64,000 nucleotides of DNA. Source: Azolla caroliniana. Lineage: Eukaryota; Plantae; Polypodiophyta. Positions 1 through 13,009 of this stretch are shown in pieces. The translations under genes were made by a program, and so were the position numbers. The notes beneath the pieces are model-generated. The model searched no databases and was not told where the DNA came from. It worked only from the letters and a program-made list of their open reading frames with translations. Positions within the stretch are counted from its first letter, which is position 1, and the number at the start of each line of letters is the position of its first letter. Where the stretch lies: assembly GCA_043228905.1 (NCBI GenBank), contig JBHGNT010000007.1, positions 4,030,001 through 4,094,000 on the forward strand. Reading direction: 5' to 3'.

Positions 1-2850
1 CCTCAACAAAATGGAGTGGTCGAACGCAAGAATCGGCACATATTAGAGCTGGCAAGAGCAATGATGAACAAAAAACACCTACCAAAATTGTATTGGGCAG
101 AAGCGGTCAACACAACCATCTACCTCATGAATAGGTGTACAACCTCCGGAGTGCACGACGTAATGCCCCATGAGAAGTTATTCGGGAAGAAGGCAGACTT
201 ATCCATATTAGGATATTCAGCTCAATCGCCTATGTACATATTCCTGACGATAAGAGACATAAGCTCGATCCCAAGTCGAAGAAATATATCCTCATAGGGT
301 ACTCAAGTCTCGAACAAAAAGGGCACAAGCGTTATAATCCATCTACCCGAAAAGTTTGAGTGAGCCGTGATGTCGCCTTCGACGAGTCGGCATCCTGGTA
401 CGAACCAGAGACGACTTCAACCTTAGCCCCGGTCGACCCGGATTCGGCCGACCAAGAGATAGAAGACAAAGATTGACTCAGGCACATGTTCGAAGAAAGT
501 CCAAATACAACTAGATTGAGTGGACCTCAAGAGCCTCCGAGCGATCAAAGCACACCTCAGCCGAGTCCGAAGCTAGACAAAGGGAAGGCCAAAATGCCAG
601 AATATGAGGACCTAGTCGACAACAAATTGACACACTCACTCGATAGTGAGCTTGAAGGCCTCGATATTCCTATGATCCAGACGAATGGAGCGAAGAAAGT
701 GATTATCGTTGCAAACGAGAAACTTCGTCGCTCTACCCGAGAGAAAAACCCGATTAGCCGATTCGGCTACGACGACTATATGGCATATCACTATGCCTTT
801 ATGATGAAAGTGGCGACCATCCGAGAACCGGAAACATTTTCCTAGGGAGCCAATGATCCACTATGGATTGAAGCAATGAACAAGGAGATGCAGGCGTTAT
901 GCAACAACAAGACATGTGATCTCATCCCCCGTTTTCCACACAAGAAAACGATCAGATGTAGATGGATATATAAAATAAAATATAATGCCAACGACTCAGT
1001 GAACCGCTACATGGCACGACTCATAGCTAAGGGGTATGCTCAAATACACAGAGTTGACTATGAGGAGACCTTTGCCCTAGTGGCAAAGATGACAACTATT
1101 CAAACAATCATTGCTCTCACAGATGCTAAAGGGTGGCATCTCCATCAAATGGATGTAAAGAACGCCTTGCTACAAGGAGAATTAGAGGAGGTCTTCATGA
1201 TTCAACCACCCGGTTTCGAATTGATCAAGCATCTAACCGCAGTCTACCGACTCAAGAAGCCATCGTACGAACTCAAGCAAGCACCGCGTGCGTGGCACTC
1301 GAAGATCACTCAGTATCTTCACCAAATCGGCTTTCGAATGTCGAAATCGGATAACTCTCTCTACATCAGAAGCAAGTCGGACAACCCGATTGTCATCATC
1401 CTATACATGGATGATCTGGTCATCGGGGGAAAGAATCTAGCCGACATTAGTAAGATCAAATTACTCCTATCCGGCATCTTCGAGATGAAAAATATGCATG
1501 AGCTCCATTACTTCCTCGGTATCGAAGTAATTCGGACATCAATCAGGACACTAATCTCCCAACGACACTATATCCTCACCTTACTCTACAAATTCGGGAT
1601 GATTGAGTGCAAACCTATGTCAACCCCTCTCGATCGAAACCTCAAACTCGATGCCGACTCTAGAACAGAAGAGTGCGAGGCGACTTAGTATCGTCAACTG
1701 ATCGGCAGCTTGATATATCTTACCATCACCCGACCTGATCTCAATTACTCGGTCGGCCTCATTAGCCAATTCATGCAGACTCCACGTGACATTCACCTCA
1801 ACTATGCTGAGTACTAAGGTATGTGAGTGGGATGTTGGATTTCAACATCCTCTACAAATCGGCCACACCGCTTTGGCTCGAAGGGTACACTGATGCCAAA
1901 TGGGCCGGTTACAAAGCCGACAGACGATCAACTTCAAGAATTGTCTTCTCCTTCGGCAGTAGAGTCATCTCCTAGAGCAGTAAAAAGTAGCTGACATTCG
2001 CATTGTCGAGCATAGAAGCCGGATACAGGGGCGTGGTTGTCGTAACATGTGAAGTCGTTTGGCTAAAACGAATGTTGAAGGATATGGGCGTACCCATCAA
2101 GGATCCGATTCTCCTTTATTGCGACAACATGAGCAGTATTCATCTTGCTCGGAACCTGGTGTTCCAAGCACGCACAAAGCATATTGAAGTGCATTATCAC
2201 TTCATCTGAGAGTGCGTCCAGGCGGGAGATGTCGACCTACAACACATTAGCATGAATCTTCAAGTTGTTGACATCTTCACGAAAGCCTTATGAGTCGAGA
2301 AGCTCAGGCAATTTACATCGGACCTAGGTCTAACGATATCTACATTGTCGCGCTTGAGGGGGAGTACAACAACTGACGAGTACACATTGTAGCCGAATAG
2401 CAACCGATCAAAGCCGATCAGTTGATTAGTGGACACAAGTCTACCACACAAATCGAACGAGGAGTCGAAACAATCGAAGTCGACTGACCATCCGGTTATA
2501 GAGCCAAGAAAGCCGAAACGAGCTAGAACAACGAGACAATCTCTTCGGCGATCGGAAGTTGTGTTCGACGGGGCGTGTTGAGAATCGAACCCAACTTCCC
2601 CATTGAAATGGCTTCCACAGTAACTGTGGATATACTAGGCTAGTTTTGTAAATAGCAAAAAGACAAGTTTCCCTAGTTAGTTGGTATTTAAACCAACCTT
2701 TTGTAGCTTGGTTACTATTGGATGTATTTTCCTTTTGGATTAATACAGCTTCTTGTTCTCTATCTATAAGCTTGTTCCCTCTCTCTCTCTTGTGACTCAC
2801 ACACACACATAATACCTTCCGCTGCATAGAATCACTCATGATTCTTTACA
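1..2850 (+). mobile_element. Ty1/copia LTR retrotransposon, degenerate 3' half (integrase end, RT, RNase H, PPT, 3' LTR); the 5' part lies outside the window
   Basis: ORF fragments occur in copia order. Integrase: PQQNGVVERKNRH...YWAEAVNT (1-297). RT: RWIYKIK..ARLIAKGY, LHQMDVKNA, LKQAPRAW, LYMDDL (876-1688). RNase H: YCDNMSSIHLA..RTKHIEVHYHF (2003-2209). There are several stops and frameshifts. The PPT-like TTGAGGGGGAG is at 2354-2364. Confidence 0.93.
2576..2850 (+). repeat. probable 3' LTR of the copia element
   Basis: Starts TGTTG directly after a G-rich run (GGGGCG) and contains a TATA-like TATTTAAA. It ends ...TTTACA at 2850, where composition shifts to AT-rich flank. The partner LTR is outside the window. 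Confidence 0.6.
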
Positions 2851-5800
2851 TTAACTCTTCAATATTGTCTATAGAGGTTTCATTGATCCATTTGTTCCTT
2901 TTAGAAGTTCATTTGATCCCCTAAATTACTGTTTACAAAAAATGGAACACAATTTTACTAATTTGCTACTAACACAATATATTTTTGTTGTTGCATTTTT
3001 TTATTGTGAAATCATGTTACATAGAGAAATGGAAGTTTTAACAATATAAAATATGGGTTTATGGTCAGCAACAAACAATATTGTGTATGCCCATTGGTAA
3101 GTTCATGCTATGGTTATATATTTATTAGAATAAATATATCTATCATATGTTTAGACAAAATTTGTGAGCAATTAATATAATACTGAAGTATACAAGCATA
3201 CATATAACTTTTATATTCATCTCATGAGTATCAAGCTTATGAATAGAATCATATCCTTACAACCACCAATAGAGACGATGCCTAGACATGAAAATCCCAT
3301 GAATCACAAGCACTTGAAAGATAATATGTTTGCAACTAATGAGTACTGTATTCAAAATAAATGATTGTGAGATGAAGGGTTGGAAAAGCTATGAAGGAAT
3401 AACATAAAATGTTTAAAAACCAAGATGCATGATGTGTTGAACAATCATAAATAACAAACTCTTTATGATGATCATATACACAAAGAAACCATATCATGAG
3501 ATTTCAAGTGCATCGAGGTACACAAGGACTATTAATGTGTTGGTGTAGGTGTACTCACCCTTCCAACATATTGCCTTCCTATAATCAATACAATAACAAA
3601 AGCTTCCCTTTGACGTGAACATCTGAATTCTTGCCATGAGTGATCGAGGTTGGTACAAGATGTTCAACACATCCAATCAAAGTAATGCACATAATCATTT
3701 GCATGGGTAAAGTGTGCTATAAATAATCAATCAATAATGGTAAGGAACAATAATAGTGGCCAAATTTATTTCCTTTCCAAGGTGGGAACACTAAGTACTT
3801 TATCAAATAGACAAGCATTGTCCTGCTCTCAATAGATCTCTCAATAGATACCTAAAGGAGGTGGTGCACAATAGGATTTTGAGGTATTATGTAACTATGT
3901 GAACTTTGTGAGCTTTTCATGGATGCAGCAAACCCAATAGAAATGGACAAGTCTTACTAGATAGTTTTCTTCACAAGGGTATTATGGATGCAAAACTAAA
4001 AAAGTAGAACATAGTAATTTATGTGGACACGTGAGATTTTGTGGGAAATTTTCTCCATAGAACATTGATCCCAAGAGGAATCCTACCTCAAAAGAATAAG
4101 TGTCCTCGTAAGCAAATACTTTGATTTAAGCAATTATTTACATGTTAGATAGTGAAACGGTTGTAATTCAAGGGTTTTTACCAAAATAATATGAGCTTGC
4201 TTTGCCAACCTATTGAGATATGTATTATCACAATGTAGCACTACATTCAAGACCATTATCTTGATTGTAGAACTTATCCCACAACATGTGAAAAAATAAT
4301 TGTACTAAGATTTGGAAATGCATAAAGTGTTTATCGTGATGAAAGTAGATCATATTTCATTCATCATAAATTGTAAACCTTGCATCAAGATAAAGTCTGA
4401 AATTTTACATAAATGTCTCGGAAACACAAAAAGTGTGTCTTCATCATTCACCTAAGTAGCGACAATACTCTATCTAAGTTTGTAAACCTTGGCATTCAAT
4501 GTTGAAAGCTACGTTTGTGATTACAATAAGTAATCATATAGACACTTACACACATTATTGAAAGATTTTCAAGAGAATATTAACCAAAAATACAGCACAT
4601 AAATTAGACATCAAATGTTGAAGAAAACTTAGTAGCTTCATTTGGAAGCCTGTGACTTGAGTAGCTACTAGCTCTAAAGGACTCACGAAAAATAACCATT
4701 TAGTACACCTTCTAAAGATAGATGTACCCGATTAAGTTTTAAAATGCATAACTCTTAAATGCTTAGAGAGAATACATGCTTTTGACACTAATGGAAAGAG
4801 GAAACACGTAAGTCAAGGGCATCTATAAAATAATTGGTGAGTCTCGTTGTAAGTGATATGGTAATAAATGTATCTGAGGGTTAAGGCCCAAGCAAATTCT
4901 CATCTTTTCTGGTTGAGTATGTGTTGCTTTGAAATGCTTCTTATTAAGGGTAAGAAGTTGAAATGAATAAACGAAGGATTTGCAGTAAATACCAATGGAT
5001 ACTTAGGGTCGTGTGTATACAGGTATGCAAAGTTGCCACCTTATAACACATTAAGTATTTGATACCTAGGGATGCTGAAACTTAGAAGGAATTGATCTCA
5101 TATACACTAGTTTGATCCAATATGGAAAAAAATATAAACAAAGAGAATTGTTCACATAGACAAACAAATACATATGAAAAATATTCATCATCTTTTTATA
5201 CCAAATAATTACTTACCAGTACCACTGGAGTTATTATTGTTAGAGGCCCAATGCAGGTTTGTAATAAAAAAAACATACATTGGATTTATATAGACATACC
5301 CAACAACTAAATGCATAGCTGTTTAAAAAACATGTCCTCTATAAAATACACTGAAGAATTCTACTCTTATTTTTAAGCATTCAACGTATTCTACATATTT
5401 AATAAGTATTTAAAGTTTCCAAAAAGTTTAAAATAGATATAAATTTATTTTTTAAACTTTGAATTTTAAGAAGTATTTCACACATTCTACATATTTAAAG
5501 TATTCCACAACTATTTTATTTGTAGAATATGCATTCTCTAAGTATGTATTTAAAAAACAAATAGAATCATAAGCATACGGATTCTATTCTATGTGTATTA
5601 TATGCTAAGTATTCTACAAGAATGACTATGCCCAAACTTGGGTTTTGCATCAAAAACATGCCTTGATTTCCCAAAAGAGCATTAGAAGTTCGATCCGTTC
5701 TTTTCAAAAGCAACGTAATACTCATGGAGAGATTCCAAAACAAAAAAATCTTTTTGGTACCCGATCACAGTTTTTCATGAGCTCTCTAAGCATTTCATGT

Positions 5801-6899
5801 TGGAAAGTCGCGGAGATATTCATATTCTAGAAAGTTTCCAGCTCATATGTGCAAGATGCAAGGAAATCAAAAGTTTGATTCCACTGGGGCAATGAATCAC
5901 TTGGTTCAAAAACGTTGTACCTAATAGATTAAACAAATACAAAACCCACAAGGGAAAGGCGTTGTTATAATGCTTGATATACATATATTTGCATCTTTGA
6001 AGCATGGCCCTAAGCATGAGGGTCACAGTGTTAACTTTAATAACAATGTGACAACACACATAGATGCGCTACGATATATTAAAAGTGAAGCAAACGTCAA
6101 TCCATGAGTGAGAATAATCTTGACAGAATAAGTTCACGGCTAAACCCCAATATTCTCAAACCTAGGGTTTATAACCTCGTTAATCTTGTGCTAAACCCCA
6201 CCTCCCCCCCAATCGAAAAGGCGAGGACCAGACATTGTTATTACCCTACGCACAATGAGACGCGTTGCCTTTTCATCTTCACACAATTTGATAATAAATA
6301 TAACATTGGACACATACATACATATATGTGTGTGTGTGTGTGTGCGCGCTTAGATTCTATTACAATCCAAGTATTCACACATCCATCTCAGGACTGAATA
6401 GTAGTAACAATTCCAAACAATCCATTTTGAAAATGAACAATCCAAACAACTAATAAAAGATCCACTTTGCAGATGAACAATCCAAACACCTATAAAATCC
6501 AATTTAAGTAAAAAAATACTTGGCAAAAGAAAGCTAGCAAACACAGGAAAAATTCACCAACTATTCAAACGCATTCTGACTAAGAATCCAGTGCAAAAGA
6601 TAAAAAAAAGTGCTCAAAATTCCATCGAAGAGACTAGCAGGAAAACGAGATACATTTGCCTTTTTCTTATTGATTCTTATCCTACACGATAAAGACAGTA
6701 AGTAGTAAAAAAAGGAAAAAGCAATAGCATTTAGTGTCAGAAAGATTATCCGTTTGTCATCTCAGTCAAATGTTAAGATCAAATAATAATACTTTCTCAT
6801 CGACACTATTCAAGAAAAGGCCTTCTCCAAAGAAGACATTAGACCTCACTCTTTTCTCCTGAGAAGATGGATCTCTATTCCAAACTGGACTTAATCTAA

Positions 6900-7200
6900 A
6901 AAACAGTAACAGTAGTCTCCATTACCGCAGTAATGGCTTCTTGTAAACAATGCATTCCATTCCATTACAGTACATTACTCATGGACAATAGATAGGCCTT
7001 TCCACTTCAAATTTAGGCTTACGTGAACCGTAACTGTAGTGTCCATTACCGCGGTGATGGCTTCTTCAAAACAATACATTCCATTACAGTACAGTAAACA
7101 CATAGACAAGAGGCTTTCCCTATAAAATATGCACGAATTGAATGTATCAGTCTCAAAAGTTTATCTGCTACGATAATGGCTTCTTCAAATCAATGCAATT
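6900..7200. repeat. short array (2 good + 1 degenerate units) of ~120-bp repeat carrying the hairpin CCATTAC-N4-GTAATGG
   Basis: Hairpins at 6919-6936 and 7043-7060, with a degenerate one near 7165-7180. Paralogous to the 13010-13630 array. Confidence 0.75.
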
Positions 7201-7855
7201 CCATTCCAATAGATACAAGGCACACTCCATTACAATAGACACAAGAGAAATCACACAAACCATCCCATCAATATGGCATGATGGTTACAACATTACCCAA
7301 ATTCATGTCTTTATGTCGGCGAATATGATGCATTACAATACACAGAAACAACCACACAGGGGATACACACAAATCTGTCTGTAGTTTAGAAGTAAAATTA
7401 TGTCAGGCTTCCCTTTACCATATGAGATTTCACCAATAGAGCTACTAGAACTTATGACATAGGGTTATTTCAGTATAGAATGCACATAGAAGGACATCTT
7501 CTTTCGTATATGAAAACATCCACTCTCAAGACATCTCCTTTGGCATTTGAAAACTCCCTGTTGGGTTTGGGGTTGAAGAGGGTTAGGGTTTTAAGAATTC
7601 ACGGGATTAATCATTTATGGTATTTAGAGCTAAGAGTGCAAGCTTTTAGAGGGATAGGGCTTATGTTTGTAGGTTGGGTTATAAGATTTAGGTTTTACGG
7701 TTCAAGTTCAGTTTAAGATTTAAGTGGATTAGGGTTTAGAATGTAGGAGGATTAGGGTTTAAAGGTATTGATCCAGGGTTTAGAGTCCAAGATAGAAGAG
7801 AATTAGAAATAGGGCTAAGTAAGGGTCAGGGGTTATGGTTTTTAGGGTTGTCTGT

Positions 7856-10800
7856 CTATAACCGACCACCTCCCCCTCCACCTGATGCGTCTGCTATATG
7901 AGCACCAGCATATTCAGCAGGTGGAGGGTAGGGATAACCAGCGTTGACAAACTGAGGTGATGGATATGGAGAGAGGATTTGTAGAGGCTGAGTCAGGAGA
8001 CGATATTCTATGCCCAGATCTGAGAAGAATTTCTTCATCTCTAAGAGCAGCTCTGATCTTCTGCTCATTCTCTCACTAAAGTCCTGGAAATTAATGGTGT
8101 GCTGCATGGACACAGAGAGCTTGAGTTTATTTAGCTCCTCCAATTCTTTTACTATAACACTGAACTTGGGCTGCCAATGCTCACTCTTCTTCTCCACGTA
8201 CCTGCACATGCATAAATAAAATTATTGTCTATCAAAACCGCCTTGTGCCAGTTGAATTCAAGATTAGGGCTTCGAAGCTTGTGTCAATTGGATACAAGTT
8301 TTGGGGGTCAGAAACTTGTGCCTATAGAATGAACGACTAGAGTTTCGGGTACAGAAACTTATCTTGGATTTAGTTAATATAGAATTAGGAGCTATCGAAC
8401 CTTCCATTAGAATAGTTCAATATAGGTTACGAAGGATTTACTGGTTTGTATCTTCAGAAAATGCAAGTTTTATGACGGGTTTAGGATTTAGAAGCTTGTG
8501 GCTATAGAATGGACATCTAGGTAAATTTTGAGATTTAGAAGATTGTGTCTATTCAATGAGTGCTTAGATTAAGTCTTAGAAACTTGAGTGTTCTGTAGAA
8601 GTTTTGTGTCTTTGGAATCCATATTTAGAAACTTCGAATGGAATTTGCGTAAAGTTAAGTTTTACAGGATTGTTTCAATAGTTTGCTTTTTTACATACAA
8701 ATAAAATCCGTATTAAACCACAAAACTCACCCTGCGATCTTCTCCTTGAATGCATTAATCTTCTCTGTTGTCGTTGAGATGTGAATAGCAAAATCCAGGA
8801 AGTCTATCATATCAGGGCTCCGATACAAATTGCTGATCGGCTTTGTTGCGAGTACGGAATTGGGATAAAACACCTTCTCATTGTCCGGCTTCAAGAATAC
8901 TGTGGTCAAGATCTTCATCTTCTCCACCACTAGCTGCAATGTAACCACCACATATAGGTCAATCAATAGTCAATGCTAGGACACAGTAACATTCCTTTGA
9001 TTTTGCCCTAAAATCACCATCTAACCCTAAAACCCCAGAAATTCGAACCCCACTTCCGCCCCAACGTATTCATTTGATATAGCCCTACAGTCACCATCTA
9101 GCACAGGATCTAGTCTTCTTTTTATTAGCCCTAACATCCCTGAAATGCAAAACTCACTTCCCCCCAATATATCATCTGATCAGTATTCATTACCCTTCAC
9201 ACTAAACCCAACATTTACCATATAATACCTACAGGATTCTTTTTCTTTAAACTGAACCTATCAATACCAGAATGTGGCACATCATTCTTTGATTTTTGCC
9301 TGTAACCCTGAACCATCAATACATCTTAGACATAGTTTTTTTTTTTTGCCTGGAACGCTAGACTTACAAGATATATTCTTTAGCCTTTGCCCTAAACTCT
9401 AAATCTAACAATACATCATATAATATCCTTCAGTTAAATATACCCCCCATCAGAAGCCAGACCAAATAGACTGCCCATTTCCACTTACATGGACACCATC
9501 CACTATGCACCGATCTCCCACATCATAAGGATGCATCACAAACAAGAATATGATGGCCTCAAATATCTGTCTCGCCGTATTGCCAAACATGAAGCCAACA
9601 AGCAACAATTGAGAGCCAGCCAACATCAAGATTCGCGTGGATGCAATGCCTAGCACAAGAAGCCACACTACGATGATGATGATGGACACGATAGCACTCG
9701 CCATCCGATGCAACTCTTTCACTGCAGTATTCGTATCATTCAAAGAGTGAGCTAGTGCCCTCCTCTCTTGATATGCCTTCACCTGCATACATTATAGTAG
9801 AGATCGTTAGGGTTACCCCCTCTGGATCTAGCTGTGTTTATAAGTTTGTAAGCACCTATTCAGTCACAACTAAATTTGCAAGGCTCCACCCCTTACCCAT
9901 TATCATTACGTAGGAGAAAACCTATGTACACAGGTCCTGCCAAAGTCTGTAGGACTAAGCCTTGTAACCATTCTCTATAAGAGAAAACATGCATACACAG
10001 CTCCTGCTTCCAAGCACTGCCATTTTATATACTATATCACATACATCCTAATCTTTCGGGTTTCTTGCTCTAGATCCAGTAGCGTTTTAGCTTGTATGCA
10101 TTTCTATATTGACACCATCAAGACCATAATCACATGTACAGGAAAACCTACATGCGTTTATCAAGAGCTTGGAAATCCTTACCACCCAATTTTTCAATGC
10201 CTTTTTGGTAATCTTGTCCGGGTCTTTTGCACACTCAAATAGACGCATCACATTGTTAATCTCCTCTTCAGGTATAAATCGTAAGAGGTCCTCCCTGGTA
10301 ATGAACCTGGGTTGGCAAAATGGTCAAAACCAGATCAAATATTACAAACAAACCATGGAAAGATATAATGCTTCTAATTTCTTCTTCATGTAATGGTTGA
10401 AATGAGAATTTTCGAAACACAAGAAACCAAGGACACTTTCCCCACTGTGATTCCTACATCATTGGAATATGAGCTTCACACTACCACTAGTTATTACATT
10501 AATTTTTCCCAGCTATTTATACATGACTGTGACTGCAATGGTATTCTTACCGAGAGTCTCGTCGAGCCACATTGCTGAAGATCAACTTGGCAGCAACCTT
10601 GGCTTGGAATTCACTATCAATCTCAACTTCACGGGAGCTGGTTTCAAATGTATCAACCTCCTGATCAATTGTTGTTACCAGAGCCCGAAATCCAGGGTGT
10701 TTCACCACACCCATAAGCGTGGTTATCAATCCCGCTGAGATATCTTGGCGTGAGAGCTTCCGAATCTTATTCCAATGGTTACTAACCTTGTCATTTGTGG

Positions 10801-12184
10801 GGGTAATGGGCACGGACCCCTTACCAGTAGTACTCATTCTCGAGGGCCACCGAGTCAGGGAGGGCACTTTCTCAGATACTGAGGTTCCTCTCTGGGACAT
10901 TGATGATACACCTGGATCCTCACGGTAAAACAAATGAAGAGATGGGCCTGACAAAGTTTCAAGGATGTGTTGGTTAAACAAGGACTCTTGGATTCGTTCA
11001 AAGAAAGTGCTAACATGGAATGATGAAGCAAGAGATTTCACCATAAGAACCTTAGCTAACCAGATGAATGCAGCTATAACAAAACAGTCAAAAAGACTTG
11101 TCATAACTGATATAATCCGATGGCTTTTTGTGGATGTTTCAACGACTGGATCAATTATGAGTTTCCATGCAAGGAGAGTTAAACCCAACCAGAGACAGTT
11201 CTGGACCCCCTTTCTCAAACCGTACACAAAATAAAGAAGCTTCTTGCGAACAAGAAAATTCTTTTCAAAGATAAATATAAGTAGATGGATGAGCCAACCT
11301 GAGACTAATCTTCCGCAGAAGATAACGAGAACCATTAAAATCCATTTCCAGAGCTCTAAGCCCCATGTTTCTTTTCCTTTAAGCGATTTCACTGTTAGAG
11401 AGCAGAATAAACCTCCAAAAATGAGGACGAAAGCTAACCACTGTAGCACTGTGAGAATCTTTGAGTTCCCATGCCTGAACTCCATATCTATGTCTATGTC
11501 TTTAAAAGGGTCTTCGTCATCTTCATTTCCTGTAAATTTATGCTGATCTACTGGTGCTTCGTTGCCTACGGAACTGTTCTTTGGATTAGCTAACGATGAC
11601 GGGAGAGGAGGAACTTGAACAGAAACCTCAATGAGCCTTGACTTTGTTTTTGCCTTCTGAACAAACTCTCTTGCATGAAGAAGAGCAGTTGCAGCTGTGG
11701 CAACGATGCTCCCTTTGGTATCTGGAGCTTCTACAGCCCTATGAGATATACCTGAATGGCCAGGAGACTTTACTGTAGAGCTTTCCATTAAAGCTGAGGG
11801 ATTAGAACTTTGACGATCTCCATTGTCATAGTAACTTGCAGACTCTTCTTTTAAATTAAAAGCGCTGTTACACGAATTTGATGTAGACTTAAGGTTTTGC
11901 TGCAGATCTCTATAAAAGACAGAATTAGCTTTCTTGTCAATCTGAGTGAGATTGTTCTGGATTTGTCTCAGGTTCTGATCGATTGTGGCTTCTTCCGTAT
12001 CAATAAATGTTGCAGAAGCGGTGTTCTTTTCCTTCTCTTGATTAAAATTTCCAGCGTCCTTCTTCAAAACCTCACAGCGGTTCTCTGACGATATTATCTG
12101 TTGACTTGAAGTTGTGAAAGAAGCCGCTTTATTCTTTTGATCCCCATTTTCAGTGTGAGCAGAGAGATTTTGAAGACTCTCCAT
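7856..12184 (-). CDS. MSL: MscS-like mechanosensitive ion channel (plant MSL4-10 group), copy B, N-terminally truncated, ~866 aa
   Basis: Exons 12184-10551, 10306-10183, 9782-9489, 8933-8731 and 8201-7856, all GT-AG and phase-consistent. Motifs: WGLELWKW, LYFVYGLRKGVQNCLW, LASSFHVSTFFERIQESLFNQ, FMFGNT, MHPYDVGDRC, YPNSVLATKPISN. Confidence 0.85.
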
Positions 12185-12776
12185 AGGTGCCCAAGAGGAA
12201 GATGAATTTGAAGACGTAGAAGTAGAGGAAGATGGAGAAGATGAAGAAGATGGAGATTGGAGATGGAGATGGTGATGGATTAAATCTGTAGTACTGATCA
12301 GCTGTTATATTTACTTTCTCGTGAGCTGAGGAAGAAATATGCGATAGAGAGGTTATATTGTTATCCAGATATTGCAAGAAATTGGCTCTGGTTTAACGAT
12401 TTGTTTAAGGCAGAAGGAGAAATAATGAGACTCGAGCAGGTGATCAGAGAGAGGGTCGGAGATGGTGATGGAGGTTTAAGACCCTGGTCTCGGGAACAAT
12501 GTTATCAGTGACTAACACTAATATTATCAAGGTCAAGAGAATGGTGATGAGGAACAGCTTCTGAGCTTTCAAGGCTTCGTTGACAAAGTTGAGACAGACT
12601 ATATTCACGTCCAGGAGAAGGGTTAGGGTTTAGGGTTTAGGGTTTAGGGTTTAGGGACAGACTATATTCACTTCCAGGAGAAGGTTTGCGTTGCTTTACT
12701 CCTGAGACGAGGTCGCCATGGCCGCCATTTTCTGCTGTTATGCTAACATTGTCTGTGGTATTAAGCTGTGCGGAAG
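12185..12776 (-). pseudogene. decayed remnant of the MSL N-terminal coding region upstream of the copy B start codon
   Basis: Aligns to copy A 18562-19149 but carries indels and a telomere-repeat insertion. Homology stops abruptly at 12776. Confidence 0.8.
12593..12684 (+). repeat. interstitial telomeric repeat (TTTAGGG)~5 flanked by a 29-bp direct duplication
   Basis: GACAGACTATATTCAC[G/T]TCCAGGAGAAGG occurs at 12593-12621 and 12656-12684, with a 34-bp telomeric insert at 12622-12655. Copy A has one uninterrupted copy (~18992-19020). Confidence 0.92.
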
Positions 12777-13009
12777 GTGGTTATACTGATTCACTTATAT
12801 ATACCACACGATAAAGACAGTAAGTAGAAAAACGAAGAAGCAATAGCAATAGTGTCAGAAAGAATATCCGTTTCTTATCTCAGTCAAATATGATCAAACA
12901 ATAATACTTCATTATTGACACTATTCAAGTAAAAGGCCTTCTCCAAAGAACACATTAGATTTTTTCTGTTGAGAGGATGGATGTCTACTCAAATTTGGGC
13001 TTATCTGCA

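Noticed and set aside
2900-5200. Possible decayed DNA transposase
   Set aside because: Coding-like patches exist, but I could not identify a diagnostic motif.
10719-11546. Plus-strand ORFs conserved in both MSL copies
   Set aside because: Antisense shadows of MSL exon 1; their conservation is explained by the duplication.
12622-12655. Chromosome end or scaffold join at the telomeric repeat
   Set aside because: Only about 5 units, with continuous paralog-matching sequence on both sides.
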